Origin: Fimicolochytrium jonesii
Lineage: Eukaryota
Assembly: GCF_025526975.1 (NCBI RefSeq)
Contig: NW_026515680.1
Location: forward strand, 310,001 to 374,000
Direction: 5' to 3'
DNA: 64,000 nucleotides
In this document: positions 49,224-63,373 of the stretch, one piece after another
Layout of the letters: every line of letters begins with the position of its first letter
Numbering within the stretch: position 1 is the first letter of the stretch
Made by a program: the position numbers and the translations under genes
The notes under the pieces: generated by a model
Told to the model about the DNA's origin: nothing
What the model saw: only the letters and a program-made list of their open reading frames with translations
Databases searched by the model: none

Positions 49224-49990
49224 CGTAGCAGGAGTGCAGCACAATATCCTGCTTCCGCCTTAAGACACCAGCGCTCTCGTAAACGTATCTGCACTCCCCT
49301 GAAAGCCTTGGTTGAGATGTTAGGAAATAGAAGTCATCGTGGGAAGATGTCGACGGTGGCTCCGTCGGCCATAGGCTGAACATACTTACAGGAGGGCAGA
49401 AGTGGCACTGCCAGGTCAAGGCCTGAGGAATAGGACTACGCTCTGCCAGGAAGGGGATATATAGAGGTTTGTATTGGCAGCAGAAACCTGGGAATTTGGA
49501 GGCCAGAAAAGCCAGCAAGTTCAAGAAGTCTGCCGGATTCCTCATGACACGCGCGCCGTCCGTCAAAGCCGCTCGCGCGAAACGCAGAGGGCGGGAAGTG
49601 AACCTCCGAGTGAACCCGCTCAGATTACGGAAGGAAGCAACTTGAGGCTGTGGAAATGCATCGGTACATACAGTAGGTGTTCATGGCCCACCGACATGAA
49701 TGAAACCCGGCTAAGTGCATCCGAAGTGCTTATGATGATAGCATGGAGGGCATCTAAAGGATCAGGGCCTAATCTACGCTGCTGCAAAGTATCTGGCACT
49801 ATGCGTAAGCGCTTCCCGATGCTAGAACCCTCCGCTAAAAGCGCAGTGTCGGTGCAGCTTGTTGGTGGTGCAAAGCCTTCGACATCAAGTGCTTTGACGC
49901 CAAATCGACAATGACACCCACTCCATACTCCGCATGAACCTCCCACCAAACTCGGATTTCCAAAAATTGCGACTTGCGTCCCCTCGCACG

Positions 49991-50557
49991 TTATCCCGGT
50001 CCAACTTTCGGAATGTCGTAGTGTTCCGACAAGTTTTCCAGATATTTGTTGAATTCCTGTGGATTTGAGCAACTCATCAGCGTCAAAATCACTATGAAGC
50101 TCCACTAGCAACCGAAGCACATACCGCCACTCGTTCCTTATGGCTCTGCGACGCAGTCTTCGCTATACGATCTCGTTGTCGTTGTTTTTGAATTTCCTCA
50201 AACTTCAACTCGGCGGCTGTTTTCGTGCGAGGTGGGCGTGGGTCAGTAGACTGTGAACTGGAAGCTATGGTGGAGGTTTTGCTGGCGTCTGAGAAGGAGG
50301 TGAGGTCGGAAGATGATTGAATCGACGCGGATACTGCGGCTGATAGCTTTTCTTTATCCTTCTTGGACTTTTTGGATTTCCTGCGAGCCGCGGTGTGGGA
50401 ATATTGCCGTGAGCATGACTCCTTAGCGCTACAGAACTACGAAATGCGCTGGACTTCCCGAGCATTGCGCTCCCGAAGTCCGACGTACGTACTTTTTTAT
50501 CTTGCCTGAGTCCAGCCCCTTGAGCTTCAAGGAGCCCCCGGCGAAATCGTAGGACAT
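49991..50557 (-). CDS. FAM32A / DUF1754 family protein, 3 exons
   Basis: MSYDFAGGSLKLKG...KTAAELKFEEIQKQRQRDRIAKTASQSHKERVA|EFNKYLENLSEHYDIPKVGPG*. Confidence 0.9.
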
Positions 50558-51310
50558 GCTTTGCAAAGCTTTATGGGTGTGTTGTTGGTGGGAGAGGAAG
50601 GCGACGTCGCAGCTTACTGGTCGGGAACTCGGGAAAAAGCACAGATCATACCCTCCCTTCAGCACGCGTCCGTCCTCAAGTGCTGAAGTTGTTTCGACCA
50701 CGGCACAAAAGATGCAAGGTCAAACGGCACCGCTTTGATGTCAATCAGCGGATGCAACGGAATTCATGGCATTCTATATATATCTGGGTACATGTTTGTT
50801 GGAAAGCCCAAGTATTGAACAGACGAAAATTGACACAGGTCGATAATCTTCCTTATCTTTCGTTCTCCCAGCTACAGCTAAGCTCCTCCCGTCCTCCCTC
50901 TTGGCTGGCTACTGTACATCTACGGCGTCCGGGCGTGGACCCTGGAATTCACATCAGACCCCACTCGGGCCAATAACCAGGGAGACGGGCGGTCGGTTCA
51001 CAGACAGTCTGGTGGCTGGTCGGATCACAGACAGTCTTGCCTGGTTCCTGCGAGTCGAGTTCCACCCAAACGTCAAATGAGATATGCCCACCGGGAACAG
51101 TCGTGAAGGGAGGAAACCGTGGTATCTGTGTTGAGTCGGTGGTATTTCCAGTATCGATATGAGTGGTGTTGCCTTGAACAGAATTGAGTACGTTTCCGCT
51201 CATTAGTCGGTTCAGAGCTGAGTCTCATCGTTGGGCTGCCTCCTTCAGATGTCCATCTGCGCGATGTGCATCCCGGCCTTTTGAGGGCCCCTCTCTCTGC
51301 AACGCCCTGA

Positions 51311-52043
51311 CTATCTCCCCTCTCCACCACCCAAATCATCCCTCCCCCTAGCCTCCCCCATCCTAAATCCATCCAAATCCTGCACCCAAATCGCATTCAA
51401 CTGCTCGCTACCCCCACTCACACCCCCTACACCGGCCGGTCCACCTCCGCCAAACACCACCTCGGGGGTGTTCACATGCTTCAACAGCACCTCCAACATT
51501 TCCTCCTTCAATCCAAACTGGCGGGCAAGGGCTGCATTGGAGAGTTCTGTGGGGTGCATTGTTCGACGCATAGTGAGGAGCGTGGTGAGGGTGGAGGTCG
51601 GGAGACGGCCGGTAGGTTCCGGGGTTGTTGACGGCGTGGTGGGGTTGATTTTGCGGGTTTCGTAGAGTGACGCATGGGAAGCGCTGTCCTGCTGGGCATT
51701 GAGGTGCCGTTTGTTGAGGGTGGTGAGCATTTCGTTGTCTTTGCGGAACTCCCGTTTGGGAACTGAGCTCAGATCGAAGGCCATCTTCTGGTAGTGTTCC
51801 AGGAGCCGTTTATGTTCTTCCCTTGGGTCTTCCACAGGGGTCCCATTTCCATCCGACTCCTGGGCCTGCGGTGCCACACCTCCAGGATGCAAGGCATCCT
51901 GCAGAGGCACTGCTCCTGCTGTTGCGGGATGTGCGGAAGCTGATGTCAGCGTCGGGTGGACATGGGCGGGCCCGGTTGCCGAGGGAGTTCCGGCGGCCAC
52001 GGTGTTGGGAAGAGGCGGACTGTTTGGAGGTCTGGCTGCCCAT
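51311..52043 (-). CDS. NDUFAF4-like (complex I assembly factor-like) protein, 5' structure uncertain
   Basis: C-terminal GRLPTSTLTTLLTMRRTMHPTELSNAALARQFGLKEEMLEVLLKHVNTP resembles the NDUFAF4 C-terminal motif. Upstream MGSQTSK myristoylation-like start lies in a different frame. Confidence 0.5.
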
Positions 52044-52530
52044 AGCTGGAGTTTTCCTTATTGGGTGTGTGTGTGTCCGTTTCTTCGCTGCTGTCTTTTC
52101 GAGAGCGTTTGTGGGAGGATGAGCTGGGACGGAAAATGCGGAGATGGAAAAATGGCTTCAAACGCGTCCTACGAATAGCAATCTACAATTGACTTGTTAC
52201 TCAGAGTCTTGAGCGTCTCCGTTTGGGAGCTGTGTATAACAATCCCCAACATGAAGGCGCAAGGATGGTCTTATAAAACGTTAAATCAAGCAAAAGCCCC
52301 GGAAAAGCCCATTCTATTCAGCCTGGAGCTTTTTAGTAACAGATACAGAACAATCAGCGGTTCTATCCCGTCATGTTTTTCGCACATTGCCGGGCGCCTA
52401 GGTCGGGCTGGCCAGCTTTCCAGAATCAGCATTCAAATAATATCGATTAATGCATCTCGCATCCAATTGTCCACATGGATGCTCCTCCCCCCTCCTAAGC
52501 TACCCTGTATCGTTGCCATTCGCGCTGCTA

Positions 52531-53604
52531 TCACTTGGAATCGGATTTCCCTCCGTATCGCTGCGGAAGAGGATGGATTAGCCTACGATCGTCGACTACT
52601 GTTCTTCAAATGAGTTGTTCGTTACCTTCTTTCCAAGATTCCAGGGGACGTATTTGTGCTTGATCATATGGCGGATTTGCCTTCGCATCGTTATTGTGAA
52701 GAGAATGATGAAGTACATTCTGCAGGTACAGAAACGGAACGTTAGTACTCCATGTAGGCTTCTCGTGTAACTGCATGAATGGCTGCCGATGCTTACAGCA
52801 GGATAGGCCAGAAAACAGGCACATCGAACGCGCGGAAGAATGCGCAGAAAAGCGATATCCAAATTGCCCGTGTTGCCGACACCCTGTAAATAGAGAGTCC
52901 CAGTCAGCGGCTTATCTCAAACCGAGCGATTGCTTCAAGGCATCGCCGCATGTTCCCGCATTGCCTGAACGCTCTAATCTCAGCGTGAGAAACCCACATA
53001 CCAAAACTTCATCTCCGGCAACCTTCTTATGAACGGCCGGAACTCATCGTTGCCTTTCGTAGGGAGCAGACTGGGACCCTCATCGGCGCCGGGGGAGCCA
53101 CTGCTGTTATCGAGAAGGTCGTCTGAGGCTGGGTCGAACTTTGGCGTCAAGAACGCTAGGAACAGGTTAAGGAGATATATCCCGAGGGCGTACTGTTGGT
53201 TGGTGCGGTGATTTAGTATATAATGTCAGGTGCATAGAGCTACCCACATTTCCTCCACACCGTCGCCGGACTATACGTATGCGCTTTTGTTGTTGAGGGT
53301 TTGAGACGGGTACTTACGGTGACAATGTACCATCCCTGAGCGATGAACACGCGCAAGCAGTAAAGGACAAGCGAGACCCCTGTAAACGTCCATCGTGGTA
53401 TTGTGTACGGCGCGGTCGTATCCAGCAGTTGTTGGAACCTCTATGGGAAGGCAACGAAGCAAAATATGTTAGCGGGGTCTGTCCAAGATTATATTTGTGC
53501 AAGCCAAGCCTGTTTTGACGGACCTTTTGCAAAATGGCGGCTTGGGCAGGCAGACCTGCTGGTGGGGGTAGACCACCTGGACCTGAAGCTGATCCTGTGT
53601 CCAT
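52531..53604 (-). CDS. RER1: ER retrieval receptor Rer1, multi-exon
   Basis: [71 protein letters not shown] and [26 protein letters not shown]. Confidence 0.96.
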
Positions 53605-54410
53605 GGTGTATGCTATCGCTGCGCTGAGAGCCTACTGGTATTGGGGATCCAGACTGCAAACCCGATTATGGAAACCAACTGAGCGTCTTCGAGAGCTTGG
53701 GTTTGCGGGCGGGCGAGAAGCGGGTGCGTTAGGGTTTCTTCTGATGACGCCGCTGTTGGCGCGTGGCAGCTTCCCAACAGTTCACATCAACTGCGGGAAA
53801 AGTGGCCAAATGGAAGAGAACATACCGCTTGTCCATATGTGCAAGATGGACACCGATCACGTCCTCTCCGTTATTGGCCGAAGGAACGTCCTCCATATAT
53901 CCGCCAAGTCATGACCGTATGCCAGGACGGACGTTTTCTTTTCTTTTTGCAGCTGCGCATGTCTCTGTTATGAAAGTTATTGCACATGTTTTGCCCAAAC
54001 GGAAAGGGGGGTCCGTAAACTACGAAAAGGATGCTACAAACAGACTTCGTAAAAGAACCATACGAACCAAAACCAAAAAAGAGGGGATGCGGTATGTGCG
54101 CAGTATAGATAGCCCGTCTCAGACGGGTGATACTGGCTTTAACCGAGGGGTGAAGGCCGGGCGAGGGAGTACTCTGCGATACGTATCGAGCAAGTGTCTA
54201 ACCGAGGAAAATTGTTGTTTTGCGAAGTTGTTTTTGAGAGGCAGGCGTAACTGAATGTGATGCTGGTAGCTGCTGCTGATATGTGGTTCAGTGATGCTGA
54301 GGCCTGTCATGCTGCTGATGATGACGGCGTGGTATATAGTGCATTGGGTAAAAAGATGGTCATGCGCATGTCGTTGGGGACGAAACGTGCCGAGGTGTAC
54401 ATAATGGACA

Positions 54411-56309
54411 CTAGCGTCGGTCGGGTGAATCCTCGGAGAGTCTACAATGCAAAATAATACCAAGTCAGTATATATGGATCGCCCAAGTACAAAGAACAGT
54501 TGTTTATACCTCACAACGCCCGTCAAAACCGTAACATCATCCATCTTCCCTCCATGAAAATACAACCCCTCTTGAATAGCCCTCGTCTGAAACGGGCTAG
54601 CTCCATACCGGCTATCCTCCGCCACCTCCCACGCCCTCGCCAGCAGCGCGTCCGAGATCTTTTTGGGGTCCACATCACTGGGGTGATTGGTGCACCCGGT
54701 CTTTTTCAGCACCTTTCGGATGATATCCACAACGTCTTCGTCAAAGACGTTGTCAAACATCCCATCGGAACCCATGATGACGATATCGCCTTCTTGGATT
54801 TTGACGCTGAACGACTGGGCGTCCCGGGGTGAATCGCGGGAGCCTGTGCCGAGCTGGAAGGGAAAGTTGAACGAGTGTTGTTGCTCTTCGGAGCGGAAGA
54901 GGGGCTCTAAGTTGCGGATTATCAAGACACCGCAATCGCCGAGGTTTGCTATACGGAGTTCATCATCCTGATTGCCAGAGAAAAGATGTTAGCGGACTTG
55001 TACGTGCCGGTATCACATGGGCGTAGACACCAATTTACCCGAAGAACCGCAATCAAAGCAGTAGCTGACCCCAGCAGCTTTGCCGCAACAACATCTTTAT
55101 TCGTTTGATCATAGCTCTTCTGTAAGACTTCCTTCGGGTCAACAGCGTAGTAATCATCAGCGCTGTACTCCGACTCCAAAAAATCGTCGAGCTTGGCCAG
55201 CTCAGCGCTAGCGTAATGCATAAGCTTGCGCGAGTATAATGCTGGGTCGGCCTCTGCAAATATGGAAGCGATGGAAGGAGTCAGATTTCACGACCATTGT
55301 CCGCGTCAATCGGAAGCCTACACCCACCTTTATACTTTGCCCAACCTCCTACTCCATCAGACACCCCCATCGAGTCTGACCGAACAAAGTAAGCGTCTTC
55401 ACCAACTTGGGCGGAGAGGTATGGTTCTCCATCGCTGTTCTCGTCCGTTTGCGGCTTTCCCATCGGCGGCCCCCTCCTACGCTTTGGCATGGCCGATGCT
55501 GCGTTTGCGAATTGATAAGTCCGGCGAGTTGTTGGTACGGCCTTCGATCGAATAAACGTTCTGTGTTAGCTGATAGTTTTCAAGGATAAACGAGCATTAC
55601 GGACCACGGTGCATACCTTTTCGAAGAGCTCAAAAATGCTCGGCGCATCGCTCTTTTTGAACCAGTCGACAGACGGTGCCGGGGCGGCCACCGCCGGTAT
55701 CGATAGCAGTCTCGACTGCTGCTTATTATGAATTCCTAACGCACGCGCTGGAAACTTCATAGTCGCCGTAACCCGGGACGCTGTCGTATGCACAGGGTGG
55801 TGAAGGCCACCAACGACAAATGCTGCAGCGGCCGTCGTGAGACTCTCCTGCGAAAAAATGTGTTGCCTCGGCGGCCGCTGCTCATGACGGTTTCCACGAG
55901 ACCCTGGTGGGGATGGGGGACGAAGTATCAACTCGTTGGGAGGTGCGTGGGTGGGTGGTGGTGGACGAGGGGGAGTTTTTCGAGGAATATCCGGAGACCC
56001 GCCGGACGCCGCAGCTTCAAAGCCCGGGCTGCTGGCTGCCGCAAAGCTCTCGCTAGCCTGAAACCGATGCTGGGCATAGTATCGCTGTTGCTGGCCCCGT
56101 GGACGAGGAGGTGATAGTGGCGGGGATGGTGGTGGATGAGCTGAAGAGCCGCATGATGGTTGTTGTGTTGCGTATAAGGCGGGACGGGCGGGGATGGCGG
56201 TCGCGTGGAGGTAGAGAGAGGAAACGGCCTGGCTGACCGGGTAGCGAACAAAACTCCGAAGATAGTTCGCGAAGCTTTTAACGGCAGTGAGGGGGTTTGG
56301 TGGGTGCAT
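54411..56309 (-). CDS. PTC7: Ptc7/PPTC7-type PP2C protein phosphatase with a long N-terminal extension
   Basis: GEDAYFVRSDSMGVSDGVGGW, GSATALIAVL, IANLGDCG, EEQQHSFNFPFQLG, GDIVIMGSDGMFDNVFD and GGKMDDVTV. Start codon uncertain. Confidence 0.9.
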
Positions 56310-56947
56310 CCTGGAAGGTGAAACCACAACAGGGACGGTGGTGTGAATGGTATCCTGTGAGCATCAGCTACGCTCCAATGAAGACCGCGACGCTGAACGT
56401 TCGACTCCTCTCAGGCGACCTCAAGAAACCCGACTCCTACTATCCGATATGCCGAAACGTTTTGTTGCTTCCGCCGGTCGCAAAGAGCTCCCTTACCGAC
56501 AGATGACGGCCGAGACTTTCCACGTTTTTTCAGCTGTCGACGGTTGCACAACTACAACCGACTCGAACTCTAACGATGCACGACTGCAGCACAAACTATC
56601 GCCAACGAAGAGAAGCGCCTGTTCCGTCCTGAGAGGTTGAGGAGCTGTTATCGTTTGACAGAAACCTGGGCAAGATTCCCTGCAGGGGAGGGAGTGTTTT
56701 CTTGGAGCCGTCGGTCATCACATCACAGGCGCAATCGGGCAATTTGCATGATCGACACAGGGCGCAAACGGTGTCCTAACGCAACTCGAACCCATGAGTT
56801 AACATCCCATGCAGTCATTTCTAACAGCTGTGAGCGCGCTGTGTGCTGTTGATTGCGGTCCTCTCTTGATGGCCTCTTCGTTCCCACGCTTCGTGATGAC
56901 AGGCCCATCACCGGCTTGCAGTTCCTCATTTCATAGAAAAGCACTAG

Positions 56948-59900
56948 ATGCCGCCCGATACGCAAAGAGGGTCGGTGACTGCCACCGAGGCAATAGCCGT
57001 CGTTAACCAAGTGCCCGTAGATATCCTGAAGCCCGCCAGAGTGCGGGTCCTACTGGCTCCCGTGGGTCCCTTTCGCAAAAACACCTTCCAGAAATATGTA
57101 GACATCATATCTCAGTTCTCAGTCATCTTGACCGCCGACTTGACCAAGCCTGACCTTACAAAGACCCCGTGTATGTTCAGTGTGACCTTTTCCGCGCTGA
57201 TCGCTGCAGTGATGTGGCAAGTTGTTGCCTATTTTCCCACGCGGTTTTCTGACCTAAGGGTGCTGCGTTTTCCTTTCCCGGCTTGCATGTAGCAAAGTAT
57301 GCGGAACAGATGTATGAACGGGAGGGATATATTCACATGAACTATGTCACTTCGTACGATAAAGAGCATGGGCCCCTGGAGGAGATGCAGGTCTGGCGGC
57401 AGGTCGTGGCGGTGAGTGGTCTTTCACGATCGTCCACTTCAAAAGAGTCTGTAGATAACCAAACTGATCCAATGGAACTCCTCAGGTCATCGGTATCATG
57501 CATTGCCAAGAAGTGCAGAGCATAGGCGACGGAGTTAAACGATTCCAAACAATCCTGACGCGGTACCCTGGAGTCCTCGCCTCCCGATGTTTTGCGTTCG
57601 AGCCTGCGGACCAGCAAGCAGATGACACGCGTGGATGTATCATGATTCCGGATGACCCGAAGAAGCTCTCGTTTTACTTGATGACGCAGATAAATGATCT
57701 CGCGAATGAGCTGTTGGTGTCATTTGGCAACATGGTGCGTGAGAAGGAGGGAGATGGTGTCTGGTGGAAAGTGGACTAATGGCCATTTAAATTCGGCAGG
57801 CAGCACATGCCGAGAAGCGACCGATGATCAATGGACCAATCATGGCAATGCCTGCACTTAGTCCAGGGGCATTATCGATATCCTCACCTATGTCTGTGGG
57901 AGGAACATCTTCGCCGTTTACACCAAGCGGGTTGATATCCGGCCAAGCTTCGTCCGCGTCACTTACCAGTCCGGTCGCGGGCTCGGGGTCGATGAACAGG
58001 GATCCGTCCATTAGTTCCTTGGCCACACAGGACTCGTCCGCATCGATGTTGGGGAGCTTGTTCACAGCAGATAAGACGAAGAAGAGGACGCCAGCTAGAG
58101 CACAGAAAATTGTGGGAGATCTCTTTCTTTTGGCTGGCGCATTGGATCAGGCGATAGCCAGGTGAGGTTTCCACAAGATGATCGCCCATGCTCGCCAACG
58201 ACTCGCTTGCTCATTAACCATCTCCTCACAAGTGCAGCTTCACGTCTGCTCTGGAAGCCATGAAGGCATCCGGCGACTATCAGTGGCAGGCGTCAGCATT
58301 AGAGTCATATTACTGTGCTCTGACGCTGTCCTTGCTGCCCAAGACTGGCGCATGGGTAATAATGTTTTGGCAGATTCGGACGACGTGAGCTTGTTACTCA
58401 AGGTCTTATTTCGCAAAGCCTACAGACCCGAGCGAAGGTCAACAAGAAGAAGGCGCTTTCAGCAGACAGCCGCTTGGCCCGCCGACATATAACGTGATCT
58501 TCGAAGGGGCGCGCTCACATCCTCAGTTCCGAATGCTGATTTGCGACATCCCGGAACGGTACCGTGAAATCGCGTCGTTATATGAGAAGGCATATCAACC
58601 AGGGCTATCCGGTTATTATCCATACTTGCACATATCGGCGTATCTGACCATGTCAAAGTTCCTCGCTACCATGTGGTTGACCAGATTCAACGGGCCTGTT
58701 ACAAACGGCGCGGGTATCGCTTTGTATGCACCCGAAAGCAAAGGGATAGCGGATCTTGCGTCGAATATCGGGATCACCAGTGCTGGAGGACGTACTGGCG
58801 GCGCAAGTGGAGGTGGGCCCGCTGGGGCCGCAGTCGGTGGGCAGACTTCCGATAAGGAGAGAATTATCCTGCATGGAGGGCTGGGGTGCTCGCGGGCAGA
58901 CGTATCATCGTGGGCCATGAAAGCTTGGGCATCTGGGGTTGAAAACTCGAGTTCCGCTGACCAGCTGCGGTGCGCCACGTCCATCACCACCGCATATGCG
59001 CTGATAGGATATTGGAGAAAGCATGCTTTTTTCCTGCGACAAACATCTTTGCTACTCGCTGCCCACTACAAAGACGGATCACGCAGAGTTGGGCGAAATA
59101 GCTCCCTGCCCAACATCTCTGAAGATCTGGAGGATCGGCCGGCAAGAGTACCTGACACTGCGGGGTTGATGGAATGCCTACGATGTGTCTGCGCGGCATA
59201 TGCATCTGAGGACAGCAACCTCAACAAGCCCGTAAAGTCGGAAGCTTTGGACTATATTATAGACACCATCGATGATGATACAGAGGACTGGGCCGACGAA
59301 TTCTTCAACGAGGACGATCTGGATACAGAGAACGGCGAACCTGCCCTAATGCGGCAGCCTTTACCAATCTCACGCGTTCGCGGTGGTTGGAGTGATTTGA
59401 GCATTGATGCTTTCCTTGAGCTCATTGATATTGCCAAGTCCCTCGATGGTAATACTGGTCCATTTACAAACGGCGGAGACCCTTCGCAACTGATTCTTTC
59501 TTCTTGTAGAGCACAAGTTTGTAATCAGATACTCTCTGCGACTCCTGCAGCGCTTCTGGAAGTACATAGATGAATATGAGCAGAGCGACATCCTGCGGAT
59601 ACTGGAGGATGAGGCCAAACTTCACCCAGTCAAGGCACAATCTCTTTCCGAGTCTTGTCGCATCCCCGTTGTCCGACGGATCGAAGTTGTGAGGTAGGTC
59701 GCAGTTACCGACCTGGAGTAGCACCCATCCTCCATTTCTTCGACGTTTCAATGCCTGACCAGCGTTTAGGCAGGTCCCCACACAAGTTCCGTACCCGCAC
59801 GCCCGCTCACTGTTGCGGGGAGTTGCAGCCGCGCAGGATGCGGATGCGAAAGATCCTTTCCTGTACAACCCTTTTGCGGACAAAGGCAAATTGAACAAGA

Positions 59901-62575
59901 AAGACCTTGGTCGTAGCGTAAGTGCCTTCCTATATCTTCGAAAACACTGCCGGCTATTTTGGTGCTGACCACAATGCAAATGTCCTTGTGCCTTCCAGGT
60001 CGTACTGGTAGCGGGGGAAGCGGCACATTTTGATATCACCCTAGCGAATCCATTTGCTTTCGAGCTGGAAATTGAGGATCTGACCATCTTGTACGTCTCC
60101 TCTCTGCCCGATGCCATCCTCACCCGTCCCACATACTAACCTCAACATTTCGCAGAACGTCAAATTTGGACTTCAAAGCAACTCCAAATTACCCATTCTT
60201 CATCCCTTCGTCATGTCGAAGCTTCAGTGTCCGTCTCTCCGGTGTCCCACTTGAAGCCGGAACGTTGTATGTCCGCGGCATCCGGGCGAAGCTTTTCGGC
60301 GGGGTTGAGGTTGAAGTCGATTGCATTTCGAAGCTCCTTGAGGATACACGACTGAGGACCAAGGATGGACGGAGGCGAAGGCAGGATGAAAAGTCGAGAT
60401 TTGGGAAGAGGGCTGATGCGGGGAAGCAGGTTAAGGCGAAGGAGGCTGGGTGGGTTGCTGCAGTCGCACAGGAGAATCGTCCGCTTGCTTAACCTTGTAT
60501 CATTTTGCAGGGTCAAGCCAAGTGACTGGTTCTTCCCCATAAAAGTTATCCCACCACAAGCATCTTTAAGGTTCATCAAAGACGCTTCCATGCCCATGTC
60601 TCGAATGCTATTCGAGGGGGAACGGTGGGTTGCATCAGTACATTCCAAATTACCTTTATGAAGCCAACTGATCAAAGTGTCTGCATGCAGAACGATGTTT
60701 CCCATCCGACTAGAAAACATCGGCAAAACAACCATCGACTTCCTCTCCGTCGGCCTTATCGAGTCCTACGCACCGCAAGGCGAGAAGCTGCTTTCGCCGG
60801 ACGGTCAGGAGGATCCGGAAGAAGTCTATGAGAGGGACGTACATAGGAGGAATATCCGCGCTTTGTGGGTGGAGCGCAATGGGGTGGCTGTCGGTCGCGC
60901 TCATGGGGATGCGGTGGCGGAAAGGATTGCGGTTAACATCGCGCCTGGAGAGGAGATTGAGATTATGATTGGGTTGTTTGGGAAGACCGAATGGTAGGTG
61001 CAGTTTGAAGCATTGGGTACCTCTCAAGCGCATGGACGAAGAACAAAACTTGATGCGAACACATTGCAGCGTTGGAGGCACCATCACAGTCTCGTATGCA
61101 ACGGTGGGCGAGGACCCCACTGCCGAGCCTCCCGCCTCGGAAACATTTTACACCCGCACGTTGGTGCAGCCGATCATCTTCACCGTCGTCGAGTCACTAC
61201 ACCCCATCAACATGGACATGATGCTGCTCACCAATCGCGACGGCTTTGTCAGTGGAGAGCAGCAAGTGGAACGCAACCTAAGTTTGGAGGAGATGACGGT
61301 GGATATCATCGATGTCCAAGAGGGAGGTGGAGCGTTTCAAGCTGGCGTCCAGAGGAGTGAGGAGTACTTTGTGGTCGCCCTGGATTTAAAGAACTTTTGG
61401 AGAGGCGTGTTTGAAGTTGGCTTTGAGGTTTATGATGGTGAGGTTCAGTCGTTCTGCGGGCCTGCATGGCGCGTTAAGATACTGATCTCGGTTACAGGCG
61501 ATATAGACGGGGTCCCGTCGTACGAATCGCGAACAATGGTTCACGCCGGGACAACGAAGCGGTAAGAGACGTGAATGCCGGTTGCGGAGACTATTGAACG
61601 TGGGCTGACCACTACCTTATCCATTTCAGGATACATCTGCCGATGAAGCGCCTTCGTCTTCCGAATTCGATAACCCAAGAACCCATCCCACAACCGGAAT
61701 GGAAGCAGTTCGTCGTAGGCAAAACGCGCAAGCGCGCCGCTGCAGAAGAACGCGAACGTAGAATGTGGTTCTGGTACAGGGAGGAAATCCTCAAGCGCGT
61801 TCGAGTTCTATGGACTGCGAGCGGACGGAGAGGGGCGGTCGATCTCAGGCGCGCGTTAACGCTCACTAAGGAGCTGGGCAGAGTTGTGAGAAAGTGTCCC
61901 ATCAGTGTTGCGGTTGTGGTTGAAGGCAGGACGACGGATGCTAATGGCCTGTGCAAAGTGTCGTTGTGGGAGACAGTGGTCGTTCGGTGGACGGTGCACA
62001 ATCGTTTGGGTAAGTTTTGGATTTCTACGTACAATTCTGCTCTTTGTTTACCAAGCCTTTGACCGTTTCTGAAAATTTTAGACTACCAATTGATTCCTGT
62101 CTTGCGAGTATTGCCAACCCACTATCCAACCCCATCGGTTCCATCGCAACCTGCGATAACCTCCACAAGTAATCCGCAACTTGCCACAGGTTCCCGCGCT
62201 GGGTCTTCCATAACACGACCACGCTCCCCACCTCTCCCTCCCCTACCAACCACGCCATCCGCTAACCCAGGAAATCTGGTAGCGGACGCATTCACAACCA
62301 CATCCAACCCTACATCCACGGCTACACAAGACCCATCGGCCATCCAAGCATCGAACGTCGTCGCCACAGGCCCGCTGCAAACAGTCCTGAAGCCCATCGG
62401 AGCACAAGAGACGGGCTCGTACACCCTCCCGATCGTCGTGACAGGGACGGGCCGCGTGAGGTTCTTGTGGTGTGTGGAAGACGCGGGGTGGGGACTGCGG
62501 GGCAAGGAGGTGGATGACCTGTCTGAGGATTGGGTGTGGTGGGGTGGGGAGGAGCTTGTCATTGAGGTTGAATGA
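56948..62575 (+). CDS. TRS120: TRAPPII subunit Trs120/TRAPPC9, many exons
   Basis: PARVRVLLAPVG, VIGIMHC, RCFAFEP, ARAQKIVGDLFLLAG, GYWRKHAFFLR, KDPFLYNPF, VAGEAAHFDITLANPFAFELEI and MLFEGE. Confidence 0.9.
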
Positions 62576-63373
62576 TATGCGACGACATGTATGTACCTAA
62601 ACTGTATCCCATTCATTTTATTACGCCATTTCTTCTTCTGGGGGCTTCTCCGTGGGACATCTCCATGCCGGGCGGGGCTGCTGCTTTAGGCAGCTTGCGT
62701 GATGATCATATTGGGAGGCAGGAAATGAAGGACGCGTCGACCAGGACGTCTCGGCTTGAGGAACTGCTCACTCTCGCAATTGCTGAGACAGCGAGCTCGG
62801 TCCCTCAGACGGTCGATAATGTTTTCGATAAACATCCGATTTCGAGAACGATTCCAGTCATCACCGCATGCCCCTCGCTCAACCCACAGCATCATCCCTC
62901 CCACCACCCCCGTCCTCCCGACTATTATGCGTCAAACTGAACAGACACGGCGAACAATCCAGCACATCCACCCGACACTCAGTCCCCTGGTATTCCCTCA
63001 ACAGCGTGGATGCCGCACGGACTGTCGGTAACGATCTACTCAAACATCATGTCAACTCTATCAGCACGTAAAGAGAAAAGTGGTGTAAGAGCAAGGGAAT
63101 TAAAACCGGATGTGACTGAAGAACACGCTGAGTGTGGTCATTCCGCGCGTAACCCACAACCCTAGCCCAGACTGTCGCCCACCAAACTCGCCAAACCCGC
63201 TTCGCGTTGTCACTAGTGCGGGGTCACGTGATCTGCTGCTCAAATTGAGCATTTTGAAATGTTTGTCACCACCCTGCGTGCGCATTCCATACTGTACCTG
63301 ATTCCATACCCGGCGCATCGGGCACTCAAAAGCATTCCATATTCGCAAGAGATAGTCGCATTGCCTCTCCGAT

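Noticed and set aside
49474..50120. ORFs of 146 and 166 aa between MON2 and FAM32A
   Set aside because: They overlap the FAM32A last exon, its 3' UTR and the MON2 promoter, and have no recognisable features.
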